Origin: Candidatus Latescibacterota bacterium | GTDB lineage: Bacteria; Krumholzibacteriota; Krumholzibacteriia; WVZY01; JAKEHA01 | Assembly: GCA_963707635.1 (NCBI GenBank) | Contig: OY970173.1 | Span: forward strand, 32,001-96,000 | Direction: 5' to 3' | Length of the DNA: 64,000 nt | Part shown: in pieces, positions 19,636 to 29,130 of the stretch | Layout of the letters: each line of letters begins with the position of its first letter | How positions within the stretch are numbered: the stretch's first letter is position 1 | Translations under genes and position numbers: made by a program | Notes under the pieces: generated by a model | Seen by the model: the letters and a program-made list of their open reading frames with translations, nothing else | The model's database searches: none | What the model was told of the DNA's origin: nothing

Positions 19636-21391
19636 ATGAAGCGCCTCATTATAGCCACGGCCCTGGCCGTCGCTGCTTTCGCGCCCCACGCGATGGCTGC
19701 CCTGCCGCAGAAGGTCATTGGGAAGGGCACCGCATTGCCCGCGAGGCAGCGCTACTGCCAGGACTTCAATCGTGTTCTTTCCGCGGACACGGTCTACGTG
19801 ATGACCGGACACTACTACGTTCCGTCGGGGAGAACGCTCACCATCGAACCCGGCACGATCATCCTGGGTCACAACGTGACGGGCGGCACGCTCATCGTAT
19901 CGAAGGGTGGCCAGATCTTCGCCCAGGGAACCCAGCAGCTCCCGATCGTGTTCACCAGCGACAAGGCCCCCGGCAGCCGGGCGCCCGGCGACTGGGGCGG
20001 CGTCATCATTCTCGGCGACGCGCCGGTCAACAAGGTCAACCCCGTCATCGAAGGCGGGTTCATCGCCGGTGATTGCACCGCGAGCGGCAACACCTACGGG
20101 GGTATCAACGCCGCCGACAACAGCGGCGTCTTGAGCTATCGTTCGCATCGAGTATCCCGGCTACCGGTTCCAGGCCAACAACGAGGTCAATGGCCTCACC
20201 ATGGGCGGCGTCGGTTCCGGCACCCAGATCGACCACATCCAGGTCTGCTACTCGGACGACGATTCGTACGAGTGGTTCGGCGGGACCGTGAACTGCTCCT
20301 ATCTGGTGGCGGCGTACGGCACCGACGATGAGTTCGACACCGACTTCGGTTACCAGGGTAAGGTGCAGTTCGGCTTCGGGCTGCGCGACCCGGACCAGTC
20401 GGACCCGACGGGCGAGTCGAACGGGTTCGAGTCCGACAACGACGGGTCCGCCACCTCGACGGACACGCCGTACACGCGGCCGATCTTCTGCAACATCACG
20501 CTGGTGGGTCCGGAGCGGACCAACGCGGATGTTCCGTTCCCGCTGGGTGAGAAGTTCCAGTTCGGCGCATTGCTGCGCCGCTCGACGGAAACCAGCATCT
20601 ACAACTCGTGCATCATGGGCTATCCGTGGGGCATCCGGTTGCGCGACGTGCACACGATCGAGTGGGCCCAGCAGGACACATTGCAGATCCGCAACACGAC
20701 CATGCAGGGAACGCTCGTCCCCAACGGTTCTTCGTCGGGCATCCACGACGAGGCGGCCGCCACGGGGTGGGCGGACGTCGACACCTGGTTCGCCACGGGC
20801 GGCTACGGCAACACCGGCAACGCGGTGCGTAATCCGGACGATATCCTGCTCAACGACCTGAGCGACCTCAACAATCCGGATGCGCGTCCGGCAACCGGTT
20901 CCGAGCTGATCGGCAGCGCCGACTTCTCCAACCCCCGTCTCTCCGGCCTGGTCACCACGTCGTACCGCGGCGCGTTCCCGCCGGTGCCGGGAGCTCTTGC
21001 TCCGAACAGTCCGCAGGACCCGGGCGATCCGACCGCGCTGTGGACCTACTACTGGACGAGCTGGGACCCGCAGAACATGGACTACGCCGACGGGCTTCCC
21101 ACCGGTGTGGGCGACGGCCCGTCGTATCGCAGGGCGGAGTTGTCGCAGAATTACCCGAATCCGTTCAACCCGCAGACGTCGATCGACTTCACCGTCCCCG
21201 CCACGGGCCAGGTGACGCTCGATATCTTCGACGTGCAGGGCGCGAAGGTGGCCACGCTGGTGAACACGGTGAAGGAGCGCGGCAGCTACACCGTGAACTT
21301 CAACGCCAACGGGCTCACCTCGGGCGTGTATTTCTATCGCCTGAAGGGGAACGGCTTCAACGTCATGAAGAAGATGGTGCTGCTGAAGTAA
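19636..21391 (+). CDS. Secreted beta-helix protein with T9SS-like CTD (one frameshift at ~20140)
   Basis: Signal peptide; LTIEPGT, PIVFTS, GDWGGVIILG.AP.N; removing one base at ~20140 gives LSYVRIEYPG..NEVNGLTMGGVG; DDSYEWFGG; ends QNYPNPFNP...SGVYFYRL...KKMVLLK. Confidence 0.85.
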
Positions 21392-21420
21392 CGCTTCGGC
21401 GAAGCAGCAGAGTGAGTATG

Positions 21421-21454
21421 GCAAGCGCCCCGGCCGAATGGCCGGGGCGCTTGC
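21421..21454. terminator. Hairpin between convergent genes
   Basis: GCAAGCGCCCCGGCC-GAAT-GGCCGGGGCGCTTGC, 15-bp perfect stem. Confidence 0.75.
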
Positions 21455-21459
21455 TCTTG

Positions 21460-22005
21460 CTAGCGCGTGGCCACGCGGAGATCACGCCGGCAGTACCATG
21501 CCCCGTCGCGTTTCTCGAGAGGCCGGATGCCGCGGTAAGCCACGTCGTCCCCCTCGAGTTCCTCGCGGTCGCGCTCGATCGCTGCGCGCGAAAGGTGGGG
21601 GTCCCCCTCGAACTCGAGGAGGAATGACTGCTCGGAAAAATTCGCGCCGGAGACGACGTAGTGCACATGGGCGGGAATGTCGCTGTTCGGATAACTGGCC
21701 GGCTTGATGGTGCGAAAACGGTAGCGACCGTCGGCGCCGGTTCGCATGAGCCCGCAGAGCCGGGCGGTCCCGTCGGAGTTGTCCTTCGAGTAGTAACCGC
21801 GGGCATCCGTGTGGTACACGTACACGATCGCGCCCTCGACCGGCTTTCCATCGGAGCCGGTCACGATTCCCTCGACAATGAGGCGCTCGCCGGGCTCATC
21901 CGACTCCGCGATCGTGATCTCCCATGACGTCGCCTCTTTCTGTGCACAGCTGCGCTGGGCGCCGCCGTTCGAGCCGACGACGAGCAATGCACACGCCGCC
22001 GCCAC
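21460..22005 (-). CDS. Intradiol ring-cleavage dioxygenase-fold protein, probably exported
   Basis: EPGERL.VEG, YHTDARGYY, GRYRFRTIKPASYP, PAHVH (putative Tyr/Tyr/His/His iron ligands). Start uncertain (GTG 22005). Confidence 0.75.
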   Translation of the reverse strand: MAAACALLVVGSNGGAQRSCAQKEATSWEITIAESDEPGERLIVEGIVTGSDGKPVEGAIVYVYHTDARGYYSKDNSDGTARLCGLMRTGADGRYRFRTIKPASYPNSDIPAHVHYVVSGANFSEQSFLLEFEGDPHLSRAAIERDREELEGDDVAYRGIRPLEKRDGAWYCRRDLRVATR

Positions 22006-22015
22006 GGCCTTCGTG

Positions 22016-22255
22016 CTAGCCGCCGAATAGGACGTCGATAATCGAGCCGACGTGCCGCTTGCCTTCCAGGATTTCAGGATTGTAGACCTCCGTGTACCCA
22101 CAGTGACCGCAGGACACCATGACGAACTGGTTGTGCTGGATGTCGAAAAGCTTCGATATCCCGCGGCCGGTGGTGGCGATGCGTTTGACGCGCGCCCCCG
22201 TCGACTGACACTTTGCGCACTTGAAACGGCTCGCAAACTGATCTTCCAGAGCCAC
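22016..22255 (-). CDS. Small zinc-ribbon protein (DUF2082-like)
   Basis: CAKC...SKLFDIQHNQF..VSCGHCGYTEVY; GGAGG upstream of GTG 22255. Confidence 0.85.
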   Translation of the reverse strand: MALEDQFASRFKCAKCQSTGARVKRIATTGRGISKLFDIQHNQFVMVSCGHCGYTEVYNPEILEGKRHVGSIIDVLFGG

Positions 22256-22350
22256 GTTCAACCTCCCGTAAGATGCCGGAACGCGCCGGAGGGTTCGAAA
22301 CGAACTCCGGCTGCCTCCACTACCCTGGGGTGGTCGGCCTATTCGGGCCT

Positions 22351-23543
22351 TCATCGCAAGACGAAGTCGGTCGAGCGCCGGTTGACCCACCGGCTGACGC
22401 GCGCCGGAGCCGCGCCCGCCAGGATGAACAGGGTTTCCAGCACCGGAGGAAACGCGGTCACATACTTCTGAATGGCGAACGACTTTCGCGTCAGGGCGGC
22501 AATTTCCAGCTCGCTGCGGCGCGTGTACGCATCCAACGCGGCGCGCGAGATATCGCCGCGCTCGAGGGCCTCGTGGGCGACGGCGGCGGCCGCCATCCCG
22601 CTCGCCACGGCATTATGAATGCCCTCCCCGGTCAGCGAATCGACGAAGCGGGCCGCGTCCCCGACCAGCATGGCGCCGTCGAAGGCTCGCGCCGCCGGTC
22701 GCGTGGTCGCGTACGGCAGCTGCCAGGTCGCCGCGTCGCGGACCCGCCAACCGGGCCGCAGGCGCCGGCGCAGATCGTTGCGACCCAGGAAGTCACTGAG
22801 CAATGTCTCCAGCGAAAATGCCGCGGCGCTTGAATCGATCCGTGCGCACGATCACGCCCACGTTGGCGGTATCCGCGTCCAATGGAAACACCCAGCCGTA
22901 ACCGGGCGCGTACGGTGGATAGAAATGGAACTCGACCGTGTCGGGGAGGGTCTCGATGCCGTCGACGTAGGCGCGAATCGCGACGCCGCGGTGCGACTCG
23001 GGCGCCTTCCCGGGCGCGAGCGCCCGCGCCACCGCCGAGGTCGCGCCGTCCGCACCGATCACGATGCGCGCCCCAATTTCCACTTCCCCGCCGTCGACGT
23101 CGGCACGCACACCGACCACGCGCCCGTCCTGCATAATCGGGGCGCGCACGGCGGCCCGTCGAAAGGCCGCGCCGCTGGAAATCGCGTGGCGAAGGATAAG
23201 ATCGTCCAGGCGCACGCGCGGAGCGATGTAGAACACGGCGCCGTCGAGGCGGGAGTCGAAGCGCGTGGACCACTCGCGCCCGTGCGCGGAGACGAGGCGT
23301 ATCCCGTGGATGGGCTGGAAGCCCGCGGCCCGCAGCGCGTCGGCCATCCCGAGTTCGTTCAAGATGGCGACGGTCCCGGGCGGGACGCCGTCTCCGCAGG
23401 GTTTGTCGCGCGGGAACTCGGCGCGGTCCAGGACGAGCACGCGGTGGCCGAAACGCGCGAGCGACGCCGCCGCGACGCTTCCCGCCGGCCCCGCTCCCGA
23501 CGACCAGGACGTCGGCTACGACTTCTGCTTCCGCTCCACCCAC
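22351..23543 (-). CDS. Geranylgeranyl-reductase-family FAD oxidoreductase (frameshifts at ~23497 and ~22816)
   Basis: Restored DVLVVGAGPAGS; FPRDKPCGDG, IGADGATS, GYGWVFP, LVGDAA...GEGI spread across three frames. Confidence 0.85.
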
Positions 23544-25270
23544 GACTTCACGTTCGCTTCGAGCACGCCCAGAGGAACCGCTCCGCTCCACAACACGATG
23601 TCGTGGAACTCGCGCACGTCGAACTTGCCGCCCAGCTCCTTCGTCGCGTACGCGCGCAGCTCGCGAATCTTGAGCTCGCCGATCTTGTAGGCGAGCGCCT
23701 GGCCGGGCCAGGCGATGTAGCGGTCGACTTCGGTGGTCACGTTGTGCATCGAGAGCGCACCGTTGGCGGCCATGTAGTCGATCGCCTGCTGGCGCGTCCA
23801 CCCGAAGTAGTGCATCCCGGTGTCGACCACCAGACGCATCGCGCGCCACATCTCGTAGGTCAAACGGCCGAAGTCGCTGTAGGGATCCTGGTAGAACCCG
23901 ACTTCCATCCCCAGGCGTTCGGAGTAGAGTCCCCAGCCCTCGACGAACGCGGTGAACCAGTCATAGCGGCGGAAGTTGGGAACGTCGGGCAGCTCCTGCA
24001 TGATCGCGATCTGGAGGTGGTGTCCGGGGACCGCTTCGTGAAACGAAAGCGCTTCCAGCTCGTAGCGCGGGCGGCTCTTCAGGTCGTACAGATTGATGTT
24101 GTAGAAGCCCGCGCGGGTGCCGTCGCCGTTGGGGTCGTCGTAGTACGCCGTCGTCGTCTTGGGCGCGATGAAGTCGGGGACCGGCTTGACGCCGTAGGGC
24201 ATGCGCGGCAGCGTCTTGAACAACGTCGGCAGCTGGCCGTCCATCTGCTTGCAGATGAACGACACTTCCCGGATCAGGGCGTCGGGTGTGTCGAAGTAGA
24301 ATCGGCTGTCCGTGCGCAGGAACGCGAGGAACTCCGCGAACGAGCCCTTGAATCCGGTGCGCACGATGACCGCGTCCATCTCGGCGCGGATGCGCTTGAC
24401 CTCGGCCAGGCCGGTGTCGTGCACCTGCTGCGGCGTGAGATCCAGGGTGGTGTAGTAGCGGACGCGGAATTCGTAGTACGCTTTCCCGTTGGGAAGATCG
24501 GAGGCGCCGATCGTCTCGCGGCTCGCCGGCACGTATTCCTTCTCCATGAACTCGTGCAGCGCCCGATAGGCGGGCACCACCGAGTCGGTGATTGCCTTCT
24601 TCCCGCGAGCCACCAGCGCCGCCCGTGCGCTCTCCGGCACGGTGTCGGGGAACTTCTCGAAGGGCGCGTATAACAGGCTCTTGGTCGGGTTGTCGACGAT
24701 GTGCGCGTCCACCGCTCCCTCCCAGCCCCCCAGCACGACCTTCGGCAGGACGTAGCCTTCCTTGATCCCTTCGCGCATCACCTCGATGTACTGCCCGAAG
24801 TAGCGGCGGCACGCCTCGAGCCGCGCGCAGTAGTTCTCGTAGTCCTTCGCCGTGAAGAGCGTGAGGCGGTCCGGCAGCTGCGGGAAATCGGTGTGGAAAC
24901 CTTCGCGGTTGGTAATGGGCATCAGGTAGCCCTTCAGGTCGTATTCCGTGAGGCGGTTGCGAAGCGAGCGGCCGAAAATGTCGTAGTTGAGCCGGTCGCC
25001 GTCGCCCAGCTTCGTCCGGTCGATCGCCTCCAACCGCTTCAGGTAACCGCGATCGGCCTGGTTGCGCCGGGCCTCGTCGGCGAGCGCGACCGATGGGAGC
25101 TGGTCGTCGAACCGATGGTCGCCCAGGCGCGTCGCGAACAGGGGGCTCTCGCGCATGCGCGCCTCCCACTCGTCGTCGAAGAGCTTCTTCAGGTCCTCGG
25201 CGGGGGTCGCCGCCAGGGCGTTCAACGGGATCAGGGAGGCCAGAAGTCCCAGCATGGCAAGTGTCCTCAC
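23516..25270 (-). CDS. DUF885-family exported protein (metallopeptidase-like)
   Basis: Signal peptide; HEAVPGHHLQ, AFVEGWGLYSE, RLVVDTGMH, EVDRYIAWPGQALAYKIG. Confidence 0.92.
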   Translation of the reverse strand: MRTLAMLGLLASLIPLNALAATPAEDLKKLFDDEWEARMRESPLFATRLGDHRFDDQLPSVALADEARRNQADRGYLKRLEAIDRTKLGDGDRLNYDIFGRSLRNRLTEYDLKGYLMPITNREGFHTDFPQLPDRLTLFTAKDYENYCARLEACRRYFGQYIEVMREGIKEGYVLPKVVLGGWEGAVDAHIVDNPTKSLLYAPFEKFPDTVPESARAALVARGKKAITDSVVPAYRALHEFMEKEYVPASRETIGASDLPNGKAYYEFRVRYYTTLDLTPQQVHDTGLAEVKRIRAEMDAVIVRTGFKGSFAEFLAFLRTDSRFYFDTPDALIREVSFICKQMDGQLPTLFKTLPRMPYGVKPVPDFIAPKTTTAYYDDPNGDGTRAGFYNINLYDLKSRPRYELEALSFHEAVPGHHLQIAIMQELPDVPNFRRYDWFTAFVEGWGLYSERLGMEVGFYQDPYSDFGRLTYEMWRAMRLVVDTGMHYFGWTRQQAIDYMAANGALSMHNVTTEVDRYIAWPGQALAYKIGELKIRELRAYATKELGGKFDVREFHDIVLWSGAVPLGVLEANVKSWVERKQKS

Positions 25271-25369
25271 GATCGGCTCCTTCGCGAAATGAGGCGAGAC
25301 TACACGATACGACCGCGCCGCGGCAATGTTGCCGAAGGCGAGATCGAGGCGCCGCGCATGAATACAAAC

Positions 25370-25393
25370 GGGCGCGGGGGTTCCCCCGCGCCC
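25370..25393. terminator. GC hairpin downstream of the porin gene
   Basis: GGGCGCGGGGG-TT-CCCCCGCGCCC inverted repeat; weak U-tract. Confidence 0.45.
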
Positions 25394-25420
25394 GCGGCAT
25401 CGACACACCCGAAGGACAGG

Positions 25421-26434
25421 TTAGAACTTGCAGGAGAAAGTCAAACGCGGGATCACATCCGTGTCCGGGGCCGGGCCGCCCGCTTCCGGTTCGTCGTACA
25501 CGACGACCTCCACGTTGGGGGAGAGGCTGACCATGTCGGCCAGTCGATAGTCCACCCCACCGAGAATGAAGGTATTGGCGGCAGTGGGATCGAACGGAAT
25601 GTAGGCGATGGCGTTACCATCGGGGTTCGGATCCAGGTTGCGATCGACGCGCGCAAATAGCCACAACTTGTCGTTGGCGGCGGCGGCAACGAAGCCGGAA
25701 ACGATCCGAAGCTCGGTATCCTCGCCGACGTCGTTGCGATTCTGTTGCACGTATTGCACGCCGGCCCGAAGCCGGTCCGCTTTGTAGCCCGCGAACCCAT
25801 GATAGGTCTGACGATCACCCGAATTGGTGCGGTCTTCGTAGTCACCATAGCCTTCGACCACGACCTGCTTCGTAATCCAGAAGCGAAGCGCCCCCATGAT
25901 CTTCTTCTTCGAGTCGGTTTCACCATTGAGCGCGCTCCCGTTGCCACCCATGACCTGGTACGTCACGCGCTTGCCCTCCCCGACGGCACCGTTGAATGAG
26001 ACTCCCATTTCCCGTGAGGAAGCCAGGCGCTGGAGCTCGGCGGGCACTTTTTCGATGGCGCGATATCCCCACACCTCTTCGACCGTGCTCAAGGTAGGTG
26101 TGGCCGAAAGCCCGGCAATGACCGCGTAGTTGCCGCTCTGATACTTGATCCAGAGGTCCTTCATGTACGTGGTCATGGTGGCGGTGCTGGTGAAATCTCC
26201 GGGGCTGGCCGCCTCGAAGCGCACTCGAGACGAGACCTTCTCGTCGAATTTGTAGTCATAGCTCAGATTCATGCGGCGCATCCAGGTCCCGTTCAAGTCC
26301 ACCAGGGCGGAGTCATGATTGTCGGCGACCCAGTAGACGTCGCCGAACACCTCCCCGCTGAACTTGCCTTCTCCCGCGAACGCGTATGCCGGCAGCAGAA
26401 GCGCCAGCGCGATCGCAAACCGCTTGAGATGCAT
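25421..26434 (-). CDS. Outer-membrane beta-barrel porin, candidate phosphate-selective (OprO/P-like)
   Basis: Signal peptide, amphipathic strands, C-terminal Phe, WMRRMNLSYD / SSREMGV motifs; Pho-box-like promoter. Confidence 0.7.
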   Translation of the reverse strand: MHLKRFAIALALLLPAYAFAGEGKFSGEVFGDVYWVADNHDSALVDLNGTWMRRMNLSYDYKFDEKVSSRVRFEAASPGDFTSTATMTTYMKDLWIKYQSGNYAVIAGLSATPTLSTVEEVWGYRAIEKVPAELQRLASSREMGVSFNGAVGEGKRVTYQVMGGNGSALNGETDSKKKIMGALRFWITKQVVVEGYGDYEDRTNSGDRQTYHGFAGYKADRLRAGVQYVQQNRNDVGEDTELRIVSGFVAAAANDKLWLFARVDRNLDPNPDGNAIAYIPFDPTAANTFILGGVDYRLADMVSLSPNVEVVVYDEPEAGGPAPDTDVIPRLTFSCKF

Positions 26435-26490
26435 TCCGAAGACTCCTTCGTTAGAGGAAGACCGAATTAAGAAACCATCAATCGGGGCGG

Positions 26491-26535
26491 AAGATACGAC
26501 AGGATTGGTAAAGACCGCATAAACGAAAAGTAAAT
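26491..26535 (-). promoter_or_regulatory. Pho-box-like promoter of the porin
   Basis: ATTTAC/GTTTAT/CTTTAC at 11-bp period (26530, 26519, 26508), then 11 nt, then TATCTT. Confidence 0.75.
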
Positions 26536-26596
26536 CTTCATACTGGCCGGGGCACCCTCGGCCGGCCTCACCGGCAATTATCATGCGCTCAGCGAG

Positions 26597-27025
26597 TTAA
26601 CGGTGCAGCCGGAGCCTCGTCGATGGCGAACCCTCGCTGCGGGCCAGGACGTCCAGCGTAAGAGAAGAGAACGTCGAGCGCAGGTGCTCGTCGACGCTGT
26701 TGAAGAGCTGGCCCACATGGTCGGGGGCCCCGGCGTCGAGGCGGCGGGTCGCCCCGACCGGGCGCGCGCTCGGCTCGAAGACATCGAGCACGTCGAGAAT
26801 TGTGATCTCCGATGGCGGGCGCGACAGCCGGTATCCCCCGTGCACCCCGCGTACCCCCACCGCCAGCCCCGAACGCACCAGCCGCTGGAGCACCTTGGCC
26901 AGCGCGGCCTCCGGGATCCCGTGGCGCCGCGCGACGAGCGCCACGGTCACCAGCCCGTTGTCCTTCGAACGGGCCATTTCGGTTGCGGCGAAGAGCGCGT
27001 GCCGGGCGGCCTTCGACAGCCTCAC
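26597..27025 (-). CDS. Rrf2-family transcriptional regulator lacking Fe-S cysteines (BadM-like)
   Basis: LAKVLQRLVRSGL..GVRGVHGGYRLSRPPSEITILDV; no Cys; GTG overlaps the GNAT stop; last gene of the bcr operon. Confidence 0.88.
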   Translation of the reverse strand: MRLSKAARHALFAATEMARSKDNGLVTVALVARRHGIPEAALAKVLQRLVRSGLAVGVRGVHGGYRLSRPPSEITILDVLDVFEPSARPVGATRRLDAGAPDHVGQLFNSVDEHLRSTFSSLTLDVLARSEGSPSTRLRLHR

Positions 27026-27510
27026 GCCGGCCCTGACTCCGGCCGCGGCAGGCTGACGTCGAAGTCCAGACACAGTCGCGGCGCAGGACGAAATCCCTCG
27101 TGGTGGAAGAAACCCAGCAGCGACTGATCGTCCCAGCTCACCTCCGTCTGCACGTGCGACACTCCCAACCCGAGGAGGTTGGTGCGAAGCTGGCGCAGCA
27201 GGGCCGCTCCGACTCCGTGGCCGCGGAAGTCGGGGTGGACGTCGATCGTGTCGAGCACGGCGATGGGCTCGGTTCGTCCAAATTCGCCATAGTAGACGCG
27301 GGCGAGCAGGAATCCGACAAAGGAGCCTTCCACATCGGCCGCGAGCGAGACCTTGATCCCGGTTTCGGCCAGATTCTGCTGGAGCTTGACGCGAAAGTAC
27401 TCTTCGCGACGCCGCCCGACGTTCTTCGCGTCCAGTGCCACCACTGCCTCCAGGTCGGACGGGCGCAGGTTGCGCACCACGATTTCATTCACACGAGCGG
27501 ACCGGTTCAT
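27022..27510 (-). CDS. GNAT acetyltransferase (BadL-like)
   Basis: VHPDFRGHGVGAALL acetyl-CoA motif; ARVYYGEFGR; bcr operon context. Confidence 0.85.
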   Translation of the reverse strand: MNRSARVNEIVVRNLRPSDLEAVVALDAKNVGRRREEYFRVKLQQNLAETGIKVSLAADVEGSFVGFLLARVYYGEFGRTEPIAVLDTIDVHPDFRGHGVGAALLRQLRTNLLGLGVSHVQTEVSWDDQSLLGFFHHEGFRPAPRLCLDFDVSLPRPESGPA

Positions 27511-27526
27511 ACTTGCCTCCACTTCC

Positions 27527-28273
27527 TCAGCCGATCAATTGCCCCCCGTCGACGCGCAGCACCTGCCCGGTCACGTGCCGCGCGAGCGGCGACGCCAGGA
27601 ACAGCGCCACGCGCGCCACGTCGTCCGGTTCGCCGAGCCGCCCGAGCACGCTTTCCTCGCGCGCGCGCTGCCGCACGTCCTCGGGAAGCCGACCGGTCAG
27701 GTCGGTTGCGATCATCCCGGGTGCGATCATGTTGACCCGGATTCCGAAGGCCCCGAGCTCACGTGCCGCGGTTCGCCCGAGGCCGATGAGTCCAGCCTTG
27801 CTGGCCGAATAGTTGGCCTGTCCGAATTTCCCCCGTTCTCCGTTGATGGACGTGACGAAGATGACCCCGGCGTCCGTGGCCGCGCGCATGAGCGGGACGG
27901 AACCGCGCAGCAGGTGAAACGCCGCATCGAGGTTGACCCGCATCACGTCCTGCCAGTCTTCCGGCGCCATTTTCCACACCACGGCGTCGCGCGTGATGCC
28001 GGCACAATGCACCAGCAGGTCCAGGCGCCCGAACCGCTTGCCGAGGCCTTCCACCAACGCGGCGATCGCCGCGGCGTCGGCGAGGTCGCACGGAATCGAC
28101 ACCGCGTGCTCTGGCGCCGCCCGGTCCGCGCGATCCACGCTCACCACCGTTGCTCCGGCTTGTTGAAAGCGCCGGACCACCGCCGACCCGATGCCGCCAC
28201 TACCTCCCGTGACGAGGGCAATGCGGTCGCGCAGAGAAAAAAGCGGGGCGAGGTCCCCAGGCGAAGGCGTCAT
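27527..28273 (-). CDS. Short-chain dehydrogenase (FabG/BadH-like hydroxyacyl-CoA dehydrogenase)
   Basis: TGGSGGIG, CAGITRD, YSASK, VTGQVLRVDGG. Confidence 0.88.
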   Translation of the reverse strand: MTPSPGDLAPLFSLRDRIALVTGGSGGIGSAVVRRFQQAGATVVSVDRADRAAPEHAVSIPCDLADAAAIAALVEGLGKRFGRLDLLVHCAGITRDAVVWKMAPEDWQDVMRVNLDAAFHLLRGSVPLMRAATDAGVIFVTSINGERGKFGQANYSASKAGLIGLGRTAARELGAFGIRVNMIAPGMIATDLTGRLPEDVRQRAREESVLGRLGEPDDVARVALFLASPLARHVTGQVLRVDGGQLIG

Positions 28274-29130
28274 GATTGAACCCCGGCTCCAAACGAAATC
28301 CCCCGCGCGGCAAGTTTGCGCGCGCGGAAGGCCCCCCACAGCGCGGCGCCCATGGCACCCGCGTAGGCCGAATCCGGATGCGCGCGGATCTCGAGCGCCG
28401 TCTTCTGCCCCGCCGCCGCTTCGGCGAGCGCCCTCACCAGCCCGATGTCGCCCGCCAGTCCGCCGGTCACGAGCGTCACCCCGCGCGCACCGGCCGACAC
28501 GAGCAGTCGCAGATAGCGCCCCGCCATCGACTGGTGAATGCCCTTGATGATGTTGGGCGCGGAGATGCCGCGCGATACCATGTTGATGACGTCGGTCTCC
28601 GCGAGCACGGCGCAAATGGAAGAGCACGGCTCCGGCTGGTCGGCGGTGAGCGAGAGGGGTCCGATTTCTTCGAGAGTGACGCCGAGATAGCGGCTGATGT
28701 TCTCCAGAAACTGGCCCGACCCGGACGCGCACTGGCTGGTCATTCGGTACCCGAGCACCTTCGCGCGTTCGTCGATGAGTACACCCCGGGTGTGCAGCGC
28801 GCCGATATCCAGCACCGCCCGCGCGTCCGGTTCGAGAAACAGGCCGCCGCGCGCGTGCGTCGTCATGCCATAAAAATGACCGGTGCGAAATGGCACGGAT
28901 TCGCCCTCGCCGGTGGTAGCCACGTAGGCGAGTTCATCCGCGCGCAGGCCCGCGCTCTCGACGCATTCGTGAAAGAGATCCGCGGTGATCTTGATCGGGT
29001 CGCGGCGGCGGATGCGCTCGCTGCCCTTCGCCAGCACCCGCGCGTCCCCCGTCCCGGCGTCCTCCATCACCGCAACTTTGATGGCAGAGGATCCCACGTC
29101 GATTCCAGCCACCCGCATCTCGGCGCTCAT
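28270..29130 (-). CDS. bcrD: Benzoyl-CoA reductase subunit D (in frame with bcrA as sequenced)
   Basis: GIDVGSS, TTGEGE, TTHARG, MTSQCASGSGQFLENI, SSICAVLAETDVINMVSRG; has its own purine-rich RBS and ATG at 29130. Confidence 0.9.
   Translation of the reverse strand: MSAEMRVAGIDVGSSAIKVAVMEDAGTGDARVLAKGSERIRRRDPIKITADLFHECVESAGLRADELAYVATTGEGESVPFRTGHFYGMTTHARGGLFLEPDARAVLDIGALHTRGVLIDERAKVLGYRMTSQCASGSGQFLENISRYLGVTLEEIGPLSLTADQPEPCSSICAVLAETDVINMVSRGISAPNIIKGIHQSMAGRYLRLLVSAGARGVTLVTGGLAGDIGLVRALAEAAAGQKTALEIRAHPDSAYAGAMGAALWGAFRARKLAARGISFGAGVQS

Noticed and set aside
20130..20150. Programmed ribosomal frameshift or phase variation in the beta-helix gene
   Set aside because: No slippery or homopolymer tract; it matches the window-wide +1 error pattern.
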